Below are positions 29,747-39,327 of a DNA stretch of 52,939 nucleotides, one piece after another; within the stretch, counting starts at the first letter, position 1, and the number at the start of each line of letters is the position of its first letter. The notes under the pieces are model-generated. The model saw only the letters and a program-made list of their open reading frames with translations, was not told the DNA's origin and ran no database searches. Made by a program: the position numbers and the translations under genes. Where the stretch lies: NCBI GenBank assembly GCA_964388035.1, contig CAYLZE010000024.1, positions 1-52,939 of the forward strand, written 5' to 3'. The DNA is from an uncultured archaeon (GTDB lineage: Archaea > Asgardarchaeota > Lokiarchaeia > Sigyniarchaeales > SOKP01).

Positions 29747-30391
29747 CTATTTTTCTTCCTTTAAGGGCAGGGCAGAAGATTCTTTTTTACTTATAATTTT
29801 ATTAAATTTATAAAACCGATAGATGGCTGTTAGGATCACGAGCCACATGAAGAGAAATAAGAGTTCTGGTAAGAATCCGAAAAAAAAAGCTACTATTTGG
29901 CTGATCACTAAGAAAAACAAGCGTTCTGATCGTGCCATCAAACCGAAATCAAAGTTCTGCGTTAAAAAGTTTTCGGCTCTTGCCCGCGTATAGCTTATCA
30001 TTAAAGATGCGAAAAAGCTGAAAAAAATGATTATTTTCACATCTATGACGTTCCATAGGGTAGAGTTCCAGCAATACAACAAGAGTGCTAAAAATATGAT
30101 GAATTCAGAAAATCTATCCATCGTAGAATCTAAAAAGGATCCTCTCTTGCTTGATTTATTGGTTAAACGCGCTAGAGCCCCGTCCACGCCATCAAAAACT
30201 CCACACATGAAAATGAATATCGCGGAAAATAATAAACTTCCAAAAAACACTAAAGAAATGAGACTTAACCCCGCAAAAAGGAGCATTATCAAGGTGATCA
30301 TGTTCGGTGTAGCGCCTATTTTTTGCATCGCTTTTGCCAATATATTAATTAACGGCTTGAATAAATATCTTAACCGAAATTTTGAAGGCAT
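29747..30391 (-). CDS. CDP-alcohol phosphatidyltransferase
   Basis: TPN, DGVDGALAR...G..LDS..DR, SYTRARAE. Confidence 0.92.
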   Translation of the reverse strand: MPSKFRLRYLFKPLINILAKAMQKIGATPNMITLIMLLFAGLSLISLVFFGSLLFSAIFIFMCGVFDGVDGALARLTNKSSKRGSFLDSTMDRFSEFIIFLALLLYCWNSTLWNVIDVKIIIFFSFFASLMISYTRARAENFLTQNFDFGLMARSERLFFLVISQIVAFFFGFLPELLFLFMWLVILTAIYRFYKFNKIISKKESSALPLKEEK

Positions 30392-30498
30392 GATTTTCTC
30401 TACTTTCCATGAGCATTTTCCGTAGTTTATGTTATAAATGTATAATGTTTTATTTGTTTTATTTATTTAATAATTTAAAATAGAGAGAAGAAAAGAAA

Positions 30499-30792
30499 AT
30501 GAAATTACGATTAGTCTTAAAAACAGTGACAAAAAACAATAAAGAAGTCGTTCTTAAATTTAATATCGCTCCCAGTAAGCATTTGGGATTCATTAACTTC
30601 GTAAATCTTGCTCTTAATCAAGGGAATCCAATAACGCTCTCATTTGAAAAAATTTCTAAAGAGGGGGAGAGAGAAGCAAGCAAGGTTGCCGGAACTTTTA
30701 AGCTTGAAGGAAAAGGCGATAAGGCATTGAATGAAATGGAACAAGAAATAAAAGATACGTCGAGTGCTAAAGAAAAACAAAAAAGAAAATAG
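30499..30792 (+). CDS. hypothetical protein
   Basis: 97-aa ORF with purine-rich leader; no family recognised. Confidence 0.65.
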   Translation: MKLRLVLKTVTKNNKEVVLKFNIAPSKHLGFINFVNLALNQGNPITLSFEKISKEGEREASKVAGTFKLEGKGDKALNEMEQEIKDTSSAKEKQKRK

Positions 30793-30890
30793 CCCTTTAT
30801 TTTCATGTTATAAAACCCTATCTTAGTTAAGGATAATTCCAAATTAAAATCGATCATGGTCTAATATTTTTTAAGTAAGGTTCATGCGCA

Positions 30891-31847
30891 ATGGGTAAAA
30901 CTGTTAAAATTCAGGTGCCGGGACGAATCTGCATTTTAGGTGATAAGGTAGATTTGCTCAAAAAGCCGGTCATTGCAATGGCAATTAATTTAATGATGGA
31001 AATTAGATACAAAGGGACATCCGATGGAAAGATTGAATTTATTAGCCGAGATACAAACGAGAAAACGATCTTTTCATTGGACGAGACTCCTTCCAAGGAT
31101 ATTGATCTCGCTTATTGGAGCGTCTTATATGAAAGAATTCGGGATAAAATTAAAAAAGGATTTAGTCTAGAGGTTAAGTCTGACATCCCTATAGGTTGTG
31201 GACTGTCTACTTCTGCCGCATTATCCGTGGGATTTTTAACCGCTTTAAATACGGCATTGCAATTAGATTATTCCCCCTATGAAATTGCGGAATTAGCTTA
31301 TTTAGGTGAGAATCATGATTTAGGCATTCAATGCGGACGCATGGACCAATATTCGATTGCTTTTGGGGGAGTTACATTCATTCATACGGACGATCGCCCC
31401 CGAGTGGAATATTTGGATGTAAATGAACTGCCGATTGTTGTCGGAGATTCAATGGACGAGAGAAAAGCGTCATCCGTATTAAATCGGATAAAAAAGCAGA
31501 TCTTGGAAAAAGACCCACCCACATTAAACGCCTTTAAGATAATTGAACAGTGCGTATATAGAGGCAAAGAAGCTCTTCTCGCGGGAAACTTTAAAGAATT
31601 AGGCAAATGCATGGATCTTCAACAAGAACAAGAAATCGTGTTAAATGCACACACGGAAAAAATATTGTCGCTCTGTTCTGCCGCTAAGAAAGCCGGGGCT
31701 TATGGTGCAAAGCAAATGGGCGCGGGAGGAGGAGGATGCATGCTTGCCCTTTGTCCCGGGAAACAACAAGAAGTGGCAGACGCAATCGAACAAGCGGGAG
31801 GAAGAGCGTGGATCTTTGACATTTTTAAATACGCTTTAAAGTCCTAA
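30891..31847 (+). CDS. GHMP family kinase (galactokinase/mevalonate kinase-like)
   Basis: PGRICILG, IPIGCGLSTSAA, CGRMDQ, GAK..GAGGGG. Confidence 0.9.
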   Translation: MGKTVKIQVPGRICILGDKVDLLKKPVIAMAINLMMEIRYKGTSDGKIEFISRDTNEKTIFSLDETPSKDIDLAYWSVLYERIRDKIKKGFSLEVKSDIPIGCGLSTSAALSVGFLTALNTALQLDYSPYEIAELAYLGENHDLGIQCGRMDQYSIAFGGVTFIHTDDRPRVEYLDVNELPIVVGDSMDERKASSVLNRIKKQILEKDPPTLNAFKIIEQCVYRGKEALLAGNFKELGKCMDLQQEQEIVLNAHTEKILSLCSAAKKAGAYGAKQMGAGGGGCMLALCPGKQQEVADAIEQAGGRAWIFDIFKYALKS

Positions 31848-32021
31848 AATTAGTGGATTACCCTAGTTAATTCATTGAGGCGCGATTTTGGAATTAATGT
31901 TATAAGATTACTTGTTATCTTTTACACTTAGAAATTTTGAAAGGCATTTTCTTTTTGGATTATCATCCCTAATTAAACAAGATTAATTGCATGATCAGTT
32001 TAAATTCAATTCGCGGTATTA

Positions 32022-34046
32022 CTATTTTTTATATGGACGAAATACTTCTTCCCATTGTTTCTTTTCAAGTATCAAATTTTTTTTCACATCAAATATTATG
32101 GAGCGTTCGCTAATACCCCCCAAATCTTCTCTTTCGATTGAAATTTTCAGAGATTCCAATTCTTTCTCCAATTCACGAAGACTTTCTTGATATATCTCTG
32201 GATGGGTTACTTTCTCTTGACCACCTCCAAAAATAAGGATGGATAAATCGTCTTTTCTTGCACCTTTTTTTAACATCTTATATAAGAGGGTATCGAAAGA
32301 AACTTTCAGCGATTTCAAGCTATTCTGGTTCGTCTTTTCTTGCAAGATATCCGCATAACAAGCTCCAAAAACCTCATGTTTCGAATCCTTCAGAAATAAA
32401 ACCATGCCCACCCTTAAGTCATATATAGCAATCTTGTCGCTTTTAGTTGGTTGGGATTTTAGATCAATAATTGCATGATACCCCAGGGGGACTCGTAATT
32501 CCCCGTAGAGATTGGGTTCCGTAATCTGCAGAGAAACTTGCCTTTTTTGCTTAGTCTTTTTCTTTAAGGAACCTCTTGCATCCTTGCTTTGATCGCCACG
32601 AGAAATCTTTTTTTCACACGACTCCAACTCCATAATACGTGATTCTACTTGTTTTTCCAAATGTTTCAAGAATCTTATCCTTTGATTCGTACTCTCCACT
32701 TTTTTCTCAACTTGAACTTCCTTCACTTCAAGATCCCTTTCCTTGTTTTCTATCGATTCTATGCGTTTTTGAAGTTTGATAATTAGGGCAAGGTACTGAT
32801 TATTTAAATTTTCAATGTTAGAAACACGTTTTTCCAACATGATCACTTTATTTTCGAGAGCCTTGGAGGATTTAAGGGGGGGGAGTGGGATGTAAGTTTC
32901 TTTTATAGGTACATCCTCTGTTCGATTGCTCCCATTGGTCGGGATATCTTCATCATTTCCAGCTTTCACGTGATGAATAGGTTTAACCGGGGTAGATATA
33001 ACATCTTCCTTGTTTGTGGCGAGAGTCTTAGGTTTCTTCAGCTTTCTTGTAGTGGGGGATTTTTCCTGCCTTGTTTCACTCTTCTTCTCAATTATTTGAT
33101 CCTCTTTATTACTCATTCCATTCATGGAAAGTTCCGGAATGGTAAGAGTAATGTGCTTGGTTTTTGTCCCATCTAAGTTGACTGGCATCACGCGACCCTC
33201 TTTTTGAATGATGTTCTTCTTGTTATTCTTCGATTCCCTTTTAACGTAGATTTTATTATTGGCATCTATTAATTTAAAACAACTTTTTGAGTCCCAAATA
33301 ATTTCTGTCTTTCCTAAAACTAAAATACCACCTTCTACCAAATGCGCTTCGAGCATTTTTAATACTTTTTTCCTTGAAAGTTCGTTTAAATATATGATAA
33401 AGTTCCGGCATAAGATAATATCATAGATACATGATTCTGCGTGTCCCTTAGTGAGGTCTTCCGGCAAGAATTTTACATTTTTTTTGATTTTTTCTTTTAA
33501 AGTGTACTCAATAGTATTCTCTTGATTCTTCTTTACAAAATAAGTATCAATATAAATTTGAGGGGTCTCGTGTAACGAATATTCTTTATAAGTAGCCCTT
33601 GAGGCTATATTTATGGCATTTTGGTCAATATCTGAGGCGATTATCATGTAATTGGGAAATTCAGGAGTACTTTGTCTTATTTGATCTAAAAGCATGGCGA
33701 TAGAATAAGGTTCTTCTCCTGAAGCACAAGGACAAGACCACACTTTAATAGTATCCGCCTTATTCGAAAATTTGCGGGTAAGAAGATCCTTGATTTCTTT
33801 AAAAACCTCTTGATTTCTAAAAAAAAAAGAATAATTGACCGTAAATTTATCAATGATCTCCTTGTTTTCTTCCGGATGCAGCCTAATATATTCGAGATAA
33901 GCATGTGGCGTGGAACATCCTAACAAGGTCATGCGTGTTTTTATATTCCTTTCCAAGTAAGAGAGGTGATAACCCTCCAATTCCATACCCGTGGAGAGAG
34001 AAAGAAAATCAACTAATTCTTCCATTGAACCGGAATTAATTTCCAT
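32022..34046 (-). CDS. CheR-type methyltransferase fused via linker and coiled coil to a degenerate CheD-like domain
   Basis: N-terminal TVNYSFFFRN, VWSCPCASGEEPYSIA, ASDID, DIILCRN; C-terminal MLKKGA...IFGGG...EDLGG..R.IIFD. Confidence 0.85.
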   Translation of the reverse strand: MEINSGSMEELVDFLSLSTGMELEGYHLSYLERNIKTRMTLLGCSTPHAYLEYIRLHPEENKEIIDKFTVNYSFFFRNQEVFKEIKDLLTRKFSNKADTIKVWSCPCASGEEPYSIAMLLDQIRQSTPEFPNYMIIASDIDQNAINIASRATYKEYSLHETPQIYIDTYFVKKNQENTIEYTLKEKIKKNVKFLPEDLTKGHAESCIYDIILCRNFIIYLNELSRKKVLKMLEAHLVEGGILVLGKTEIIWDSKSCFKLIDANNKIYVKRESKNNKKNIIQKEGRVMPVNLDGTKTKHITLTIPELSMNGMSNKEDQIIEKKSETRQEKSPTTRKLKKPKTLATNKEDVISTPVKPIHHVKAGNDEDIPTNGSNRTEDVPIKETYIPLPPLKSSKALENKVIMLEKRVSNIENLNNQYLALIIKLQKRIESIENKERDLEVKEVQVEKKVESTNQRIRFLKHLEKQVESRIMELESCEKKISRGDQSKDARGSLKKKTKQKRQVSLQITEPNLYGELRVPLGYHAIIDLKSQPTKSDKIAIYDLRVGMVLFLKDSKHEVFGACYADILQEKTNQNSLKSLKVSFDTLLYKMLKKGARKDDLSILIFGGGQEKVTHPEIYQESLRELEKELESLKISIEREDLGGISERSIIFDVKKNLILEKKQWEEVFRPYKK

Positions 34047-34217
34047 TTTCTCCGTGAACCATCACCCGAGTACCCCTTGCTTACCTGCATTTAAACAAGT
34101 CTTGTTAATTGAAGATAAATAAAGAAAAGCTTTTTTCTTACTTATTAAAAAAGCATGCGTTTTTAAATGTTTCTCAAGGCAAAAGTATAATATTTAAAAC
34201 TTGTTGACTATTGTGAG

Positions 34218-34961
34218 CTATAAACAATTATCCAATTTAATGAAGTTCATTTTTAATAGCCTTTTACAACTATTAAACACTTTTTGGGAAGGGATGTTCA
34301 ATTTGTTAGAGATATCTGAAATGGAACGCGTTCCATCGATAAGTTTAAATATTTTCGAGGCAACATTATCGCTTAAATAAAGATTCGGGTTTACGTTTAT
34401 TGATACTTGGATTTTCGGAATCATGGTTTCATATTTAGAGGATTGCATGGTCTTTAGTTTTTGGTCTTTTTCCTCAAGATGCATTTTTTCAGTTAATTGT
34501 AGAGAACTTATATCCTCATGTTCCCTTGAGCTTCTATTTTCTTTTTGCTCTTCTTCGATGCGTTGATTCACGATCCTTTCAAAGGATTTAAATGCCTCTT
34601 GTCGTCCACTCCATTTTAAAATTTGGTCAATATTATACTTGTTCATGAAGGTATTAGACAAGGATCGTAAGGTTCTTTGGACATCATTACCATTCGACTC
34701 TTTATCATGGGTGGCAATGAAAATCAAATTAGGAATACTTTCATGCTTGAAAAAGGATAATTTTAAGTCCGAATTCGAGAGCATTAATTCTTTTATGGAG
34801 CCAAGATTTTCAAAATGATCAGAGAACGAATTTAAAGCAGAGAAGAATCCCGAAACCATGACTAAATCATGATGATTTGAAAAAAGGGGGGTGGAAGCCA
34901 GTTCAGAAGATCTTGAAAAAAGTGGGACTCCATCCTTTATAATTACCACGTCTTTAATCAT
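34218..34961 (-). CDS. longin-like domain + C-terminal winged helix protein
   Basis: IIKDGVPLFS...VSGFFSALNSF...IKEL longin-like pattern; LIDGTRSISDIS...LLKMNFI wHTH. Confidence 0.65.
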   Translation of the reverse strand: MIKDVVIIKDGVPLFSRSSELASTPLFSNHHDLVMVSGFFSALNSFSDHFENLGSIKELMLSNSDLKLSFFKHESIPNLIFIATHDKESNGNDVQRTLRSLSNTFMNKYNIDQILKWSGRQEAFKSFERIVNQRIEEEQKENRSSREHEDISSLQLTEKMHLEEKDQKLKTMQSSKYETMIPKIQVSINVNPNLYLSDNVASKIFKLIDGTRSISDISNKLNIPSQKVFNSCKRLLKMNFIKLDNCL

Positions 34962-35164
34962 TTTTCTTCAGACTCTTTCATTATCCTTTCATTCTACCTA
35001 AAATAATATAGGAAAAGAAGGAGATTACTAAGAACACGTTTTTTTCTTAATCATTTAATGGTCTTTAATTAAAAAAAAGGATATAATATTAGAATATATA
35101 TGGTGATTTTTCTATATTCTAAATATTGCTTTTATAGTGAGGCAAATATCCATTCCTCCTTATA

Positions 35165-35986
35165 TTACTTTCCAACAAATAGTGCCTCTCTTTTTTCTTT
35201 TAAAGCTCTCATGGATTCAGTAAAATCCTTGCTTCTGACTGTTTTTTTCCACATTTTATTTTCCAGGTCCATTTGTTGTTCCATGATTTCTCGAAAATAG
35301 GAATGGATGGTTTTTTTCATCAATTTTATTGCTAACGAGGGTCCTTTAGGAGGAATCAATTTTAAAGCTTGCTCTCTTACATGAGGTAATAAAGCATCTT
35401 TAGGGAGGATGGCGTTAATCAAGCCCAAGTCCAAGGCATCCTTAGCCGTCTTTTTTTCTCCAAAAAATAATAATTCTTGAGCTTTATGAATTCCAATCAT
35501 GAGGGGTAATAATACGGTAGTAGCAAAATCGGGCATTACGGCTCGTTTGACAAAATATAGAGCCCACCAGGCATCCTCGGCCATGTATACTAAATCAGAA
35601 CATATGATGGGAAACGTGAATCCGCCTCCTACCGCCAATCCATTTATTGCGGATAGAACCGGTTTGGAAAAGTCCCAAAATTTCAGACAGAGAATTTTTG
35701 AAGCCATATCTGTCAAATCAATTTCCTTTTTTACCGTTTCTGGCACTCCATCGAGCATATCTTGGCTAAAATACCCTCCTGAAGAAAAAGCACCTGCTTC
35801 TTCACAGCCCGTAAGGATCATCACTTTCACCTCATCATCCTGTTCAGCATGATCTACAGCATATTTCAATTCTAAAAGTCCAAGGGGGGATAAAGCATTT
35901 TTCCGCTCGGGCCAATTTAAGGTGAGGGTGAGGATTCCATTGTTTTCTTTTTCATACTTTATTTGCGTGAAATCTTCGGGATTCAT
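35165..35986 (-). CDS. enoyl-CoA hydratase/isomerase family protein
   Basis: LTLNWPERKNAL, AFSSGG, KPVLSAINGLAVGGG; likely start MNPEDF. Confidence 0.92.
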   Translation of the reverse strand: MNPEDFTQIKYEKENNGILTLTLNWPERKNALSPLGLLELKYAVDHAEQDDEVKVMILTGCEEAGAFSSGGYFSQDMLDGVPETVKKEIDLTDMASKILCLKFWDFSKPVLSAINGLAVGGGFTFPIICSDLVYMAEDAWWALYFVKRAVMPDFATTVLLPLMIGIHKAQELLFFGEKKTAKDALDLGLINAILPKDALLPHVREQALKLIPPKGPSLAIKLMKKTIHSYFREIMEQQMDLENKMWKKTVRSKDFTESMRALKEKREALFVGK

Positions 35987-36137
35987 ATATAAGTTAGAGC
36001 AAAAACCTATAAAAATTGTTTGAAAATACAAGCCAGCGGTGAAAAGGTGAAAAGGAACTCTAAGATATTAATAAAATTTTGGAAAGTAGTGTTCTAAAAA
36101 TTCAAAAGAAATTAATTCTTTTAATACACGATTATCA

Positions 36138-36893
36138 GTGAAGGATGACCACATCAAAGCTATTATTCTTGCAGCAGGGAAAGGAAATCGCATGCAACCT
36201 TATACTAAAACTTACCAAAAAACCATGATTCCCCTTCACGGAAAACCATTATTGGAATACATTATCGAGGGAGTCATTCATGCTGGCTTGAATGATATCA
36301 TTATCGTCGTAGGATACAAGAAAGAGCAAATCATGGCCTATTTCGGGAATGGAAGTAAATGGGGTATAAATATTACCTACGTGGTTCAAGAGAATTTAAA
36401 CGGAACTGGCGGAGCCTTGTTATTATGTGAGGGTTTTGTAAAAGAATCTCATTTTTTTCTAACGTGGGGAGATATTTTAGTACCCTACAAGGTTTATGCA
36501 AAAGTAGTAAAAACCTTTAAGGAGGAGGGAGAAGATTTTATTTTGGTCACCAATTACATGGAAGACCTACAAAAAGGCTGTGCAATAATCCCAAAGGATG
36601 GATATTGCATGAGAATGGTAGAAAAACCGTCCAAGGATACCATTAATAGTAAATTAAACAATTGTGGAATTTTTATATTATCTAAGGAGATTTTTGAGAT
36701 CTTGCGTTTTCTTTCGCCTTCAGAACGAGGGGAAATAGAATTACCTGAAGCAATTAACCTCGGGATCGATACCCGCAAATGGAACGTCCGCATTCATCGA
36801 ATGGCAGCTTCTCAATTTAGAGGAGATTTCGGGGATTTAGAAGTATATGAAAAATTAAAAAACGATAAAAGTTGGCTAGATAAAGTATATTAA
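36138..36893 (+). CDS. sugar-1-phosphate nucleotidyltransferase
   Basis: ILAAGKGNRM, GTGGA, WGD, VEKP, SERGEIEL. Confidence 0.9.
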   Translation: MKDDHIKAIILAAGKGNRMQPYTKTYQKTMIPLHGKPLLEYIIEGVIHAGLNDIIIVVGYKKEQIMAYFGNGSKWGINITYVVQENLNGTGGALLLCEGFVKESHFFLTWGDILVPYKVYAKVVKTFKEEGEDFILVTNYMEDLQKGCAIIPKDGYCMRMVEKPSKDTINSKLNNCGIFILSKEIFEILRFLSPSERGEIELPEAINLGIDTRKWNVRIHRMAASQFRGDFGDLEVYEKLKNDKSWLDKVY

Positions 36894-36935
36894 TTCTCTA
36901 TAACCTGAGCTAACACTTAGCCATTATATTAAATT

Positions 36936-37349
36936 TCATTTATCCTCAAGAAATAAATCCTCAAATTTCATGCCAAGAGCTTGCGATAATTTTGCTAATT
37001 CGGATTTAGTAAACCTTTCTGTTAATTGTTCGTCATTTATCTCTTTAAGTTTAGCTATCTTGTCAAGACTAATACCGGTTTTTTTTGTGATTTCAATGGT
37101 TTCATCAAGTGTCTTGTTTCCAAGAATATCCCTTATCTCGGGTTGATAATAAAATATATCTTCAATGGTTTCATTGAATATTTCCGCAATTTTAAAGGAA
37201 AGCGTTAAAGAAGGGTTATAGGATCCTTTTTCCATGTAATAAATGGTTTGCCGGGAGACTCCTACTAAATCAGCCAATTCTTGCTGGTTCATGTTATTCT
37301 CCTCTCGAAGTTCTTTAATCCGTGATACCAATTTTTTCTTAAATTTCAT
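36936..37349 (-). CDS. XRE-family transcriptional regulator with second degenerate HTH
   Basis: IKELRE...QQELADLVGVSRQTI...YNPSL; SD-like GGAGAGGT before ATG at 37349. Confidence 0.9.
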   Translation of the reverse strand: MKFKKKLVSRIKELREENNMNQQELADLVGVSRQTIYYMEKGSYNPSLTLSFKIAEIFNETIEDIFYYQPEIRDILGNKTLDETIEITKKTGISLDKIAKLKEINDEQLTERFTKSELAKLSQALGMKFEDLFLEDK

Positions 37350-37508
37350 GTTACCTCTCCTATCCAATAACCCTAGTGTAAAAAGGTTTCTCTCCTACAA
37401 GACAAGGATGCTCTTTTTTACCATATATTTCAAAAGCTACACGTCATTTTTATTGTATTCTTAAAAAAGATATAGATAAAAATTGTATAATGGAAAAAAA
37501 TAAAAAAT

Positions 37509-38336
37509 TTACTTTACTTTAAATAGATCTTCGACCTTACAGTTCAATACATCTGCAATTTTCATTGCAAGTGTGAGACTGGGATTATATTTACCTTCTT
37601 CTAAGTATTTTATCGTTTGAATCGGCACCTCTATTTTTTCAGCTAATTGAGCCATGGAAATATTAGTCATTTCTCTCAATTCTTTAATCGTGGTTTTTAA
37701 TCTTTCCCCTTCCCGCATCTTAGAAAGGATATACGAGATGAAGTTATCAAAAGCAAGTTCTTCGGGTTTAAAAATTTTGTCTTCCAAACCAGAGGGGATT
37801 GCTGAATACTTGGTCATCATTTCTTTAATTTTCTCAACAATCATATGGGGTTCTTTTAATCCAGGAATGTATCCTTCTGCTCTAACAATTCCTTTTTGGG
37901 CAGCGGCGGCGGCAGCAGCGGCAGATCCGGCAGTTTCAACATTCAAGGTATAGGTACCAACCAAGCGATCAAAGATTCCCGTGGTAATGTTAAAATTTTG
38001 AATTCGACTATAAGGAATATTTCCCTTGGTCTGAGTAAAGACCCCGTGATTGATCATGATCTCATTTTCAGTAATCGTAAATGAGAACTTCTTAACAAAT
38101 GAAATTGAATATAGTGCTGTAATTATTAAAATAATCATATCAGGAAGGATGATAGTAAAAAGGATCAGGTAGATTAAAATTGTCAAAGTGAAGTTCGGTT
38201 CAAGGAAGTATATTAAAAGGAAAAATGCCAATATACTCGCTGAATAGATGATTAAACTTATGCCGGATTTAAGTACTTGCTTCCTCATGTAATCCATACT
38301 AATGGTTCCTTCATGAAAAGTCGGTTTTTCACTCAA
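37509..38336 (-). CDS. membrane protein: 2 TM + bacterial PH (bPH_2/YdbS-like) + C-terminal XRE HTH
   Basis: GVF...IPYSRIQ...GIFDRLVG...VETAG (bPH_2); IKELRE...YNPSLTL (XRE); GGAGG before TTG. Confidence 0.85.
   Translation of the reverse strand: MSEKPTFHEGTISMDYMRKQVLKSGISLIIYSASILAFFLLIYFLEPNFTLTILIYLILFTIILPDMIILIITALYSISFVKKFSFTITENEIMINHGVFTQTKGNIPYSRIQNFNITTGIFDRLVGTYTLNVETAGSAAAAAAAAQKGIVRAEGYIPGLKEPHMIVEKIKEMMTKYSAIPSGLEDKIFKPEELAFDNFISYILSKMREGERLKTTIKELREMTNISMAQLAEKIEVPIQTIKYLEEGKYNPSLTLAMKIADVLNCKVEDLFKVK
37899..37922 (-). repeat. (GCY)8 poly-alanine tract
   Basis: GCC GCT GCT GCC GCC GCC GCT GCC within the bPH_2 domain. Confidence 0.9.
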
Positions 38337-38384
38337 TTTATTTTCCTCCTTTTTTTATTTTTATTTTTATTAAAAGATATTCTT

Positions 38385-38404
38385 ATGTTAAGTAAACTTT
38401 ACAT
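38385..38404. promoter_or_regulatory. candidate XRE operator 1
   Basis: ATGTTAAG-TAAA-CTTTACAT, 7/8 bp inverted repeat, 48 nt upstream of the bPH_2-HTH start. Confidence 0.6.
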
Positions 38405-38473
38405 CATATTTAAATGTTTTCAAATGCAATATTTGGGCGTATAAATGGTATACAATAGGAATATATCGGTATC

Positions 38474-38493
38474 ATGTTAATTTTGCTTAACAA
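38474..38493. promoter_or_regulatory. candidate XRE operator 2
   Basis: ATGTTAAT-TTTG-CTTAACAA, same geometry and half-site as operator 1. Confidence 0.5.
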
Positions 38494-38581
38494 ATAGATT
38501 TTTATTTACAAAAAAAGGATGTGTTCCTAAATAGAATATTGACTAGTAATGTGATTAGGTGTATAAAAAAAGAAAGATGAG

Positions 38582-38941
38582 TTATAATTTATTTTCGATT
38601 TTTATCATGGGCAAATTAAAACGTTCTTGATGGCATTGAGGACATTTTGAGGGTATTTTTATACTTCCGCTATTAAAATTCATGATATATCCACAATGCA
38701 AGCATTCCACGGGGGATACTGAAATTCTTTTCCCCTCTCTTTTGAGCTTTCGGGCAATAAAATTAAAATCATCCAATAACGATTGGAGATCCTTATATTC
38801 GAGTTCCCTCATTAAATCTTTCACATGGAACTCTCCGTCTGCTTCAAAAATCCAATCATGAAGCCTTTCTTTATGAGTTTTCCAATTTTCTTCTTCCATT
38901 CTTTTTTTTTCACCTTTTTTATTCGATAAATCAGTAATCAC
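38582..38941 (-). CDS. HTH + zinc-ribbon predicted transcription regulator (COG3357-like)
   Basis: PVECLHCGY...PSKCPQC...P.IKI. Confidence 0.8.
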   Translation of the reverse strand: MITDLSNKKGEKKRMEEENWKTHKERLHDWIFEADGEFHVKDLMRELEYKDLQSLLDDFNFIARKLKREGKRISVSPVECLHCGYIMNFNSGSIKIPSKCPQCHQERFNLPMIKIENKL

Positions 38942-39327
38942 TTTTTATACAATAGCAGAAATTCAACACCAATTTCCTCAAGATAAAAAACTTAATTCAG
39001 CTATATAAATGTTTTACTCAAATTCTATAATAAAAACCTAAAAATTAGTTAAGACATCCAATTAAATGGAATAACAATTGAGACTTTTTAAGTAAAAATA
39101 AATTAGAGGAAATGATACTATCTTTTTTTCTATCTAATAAGAGGGATTAACATGGGGGTATAATACCAATTGGAAAGGAAAGGAGTATTATAACTTGATA
39201 CGTTTGACCAAATTTATTATTTTTAAACCACAAATTTTTTTTTGATATTGCTTATTATTATTTAATATTAAGAAATGCAATTGTAATCATCATTGAAAAA
39301 ATCATAATTAAATGAGTTGAGCATAAA

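Noticed and set aside
32022-34046. Conventional chemotaxis cluster
   Set aside because: No cheA/W/Y/B, MCP or archaellum genes in the window
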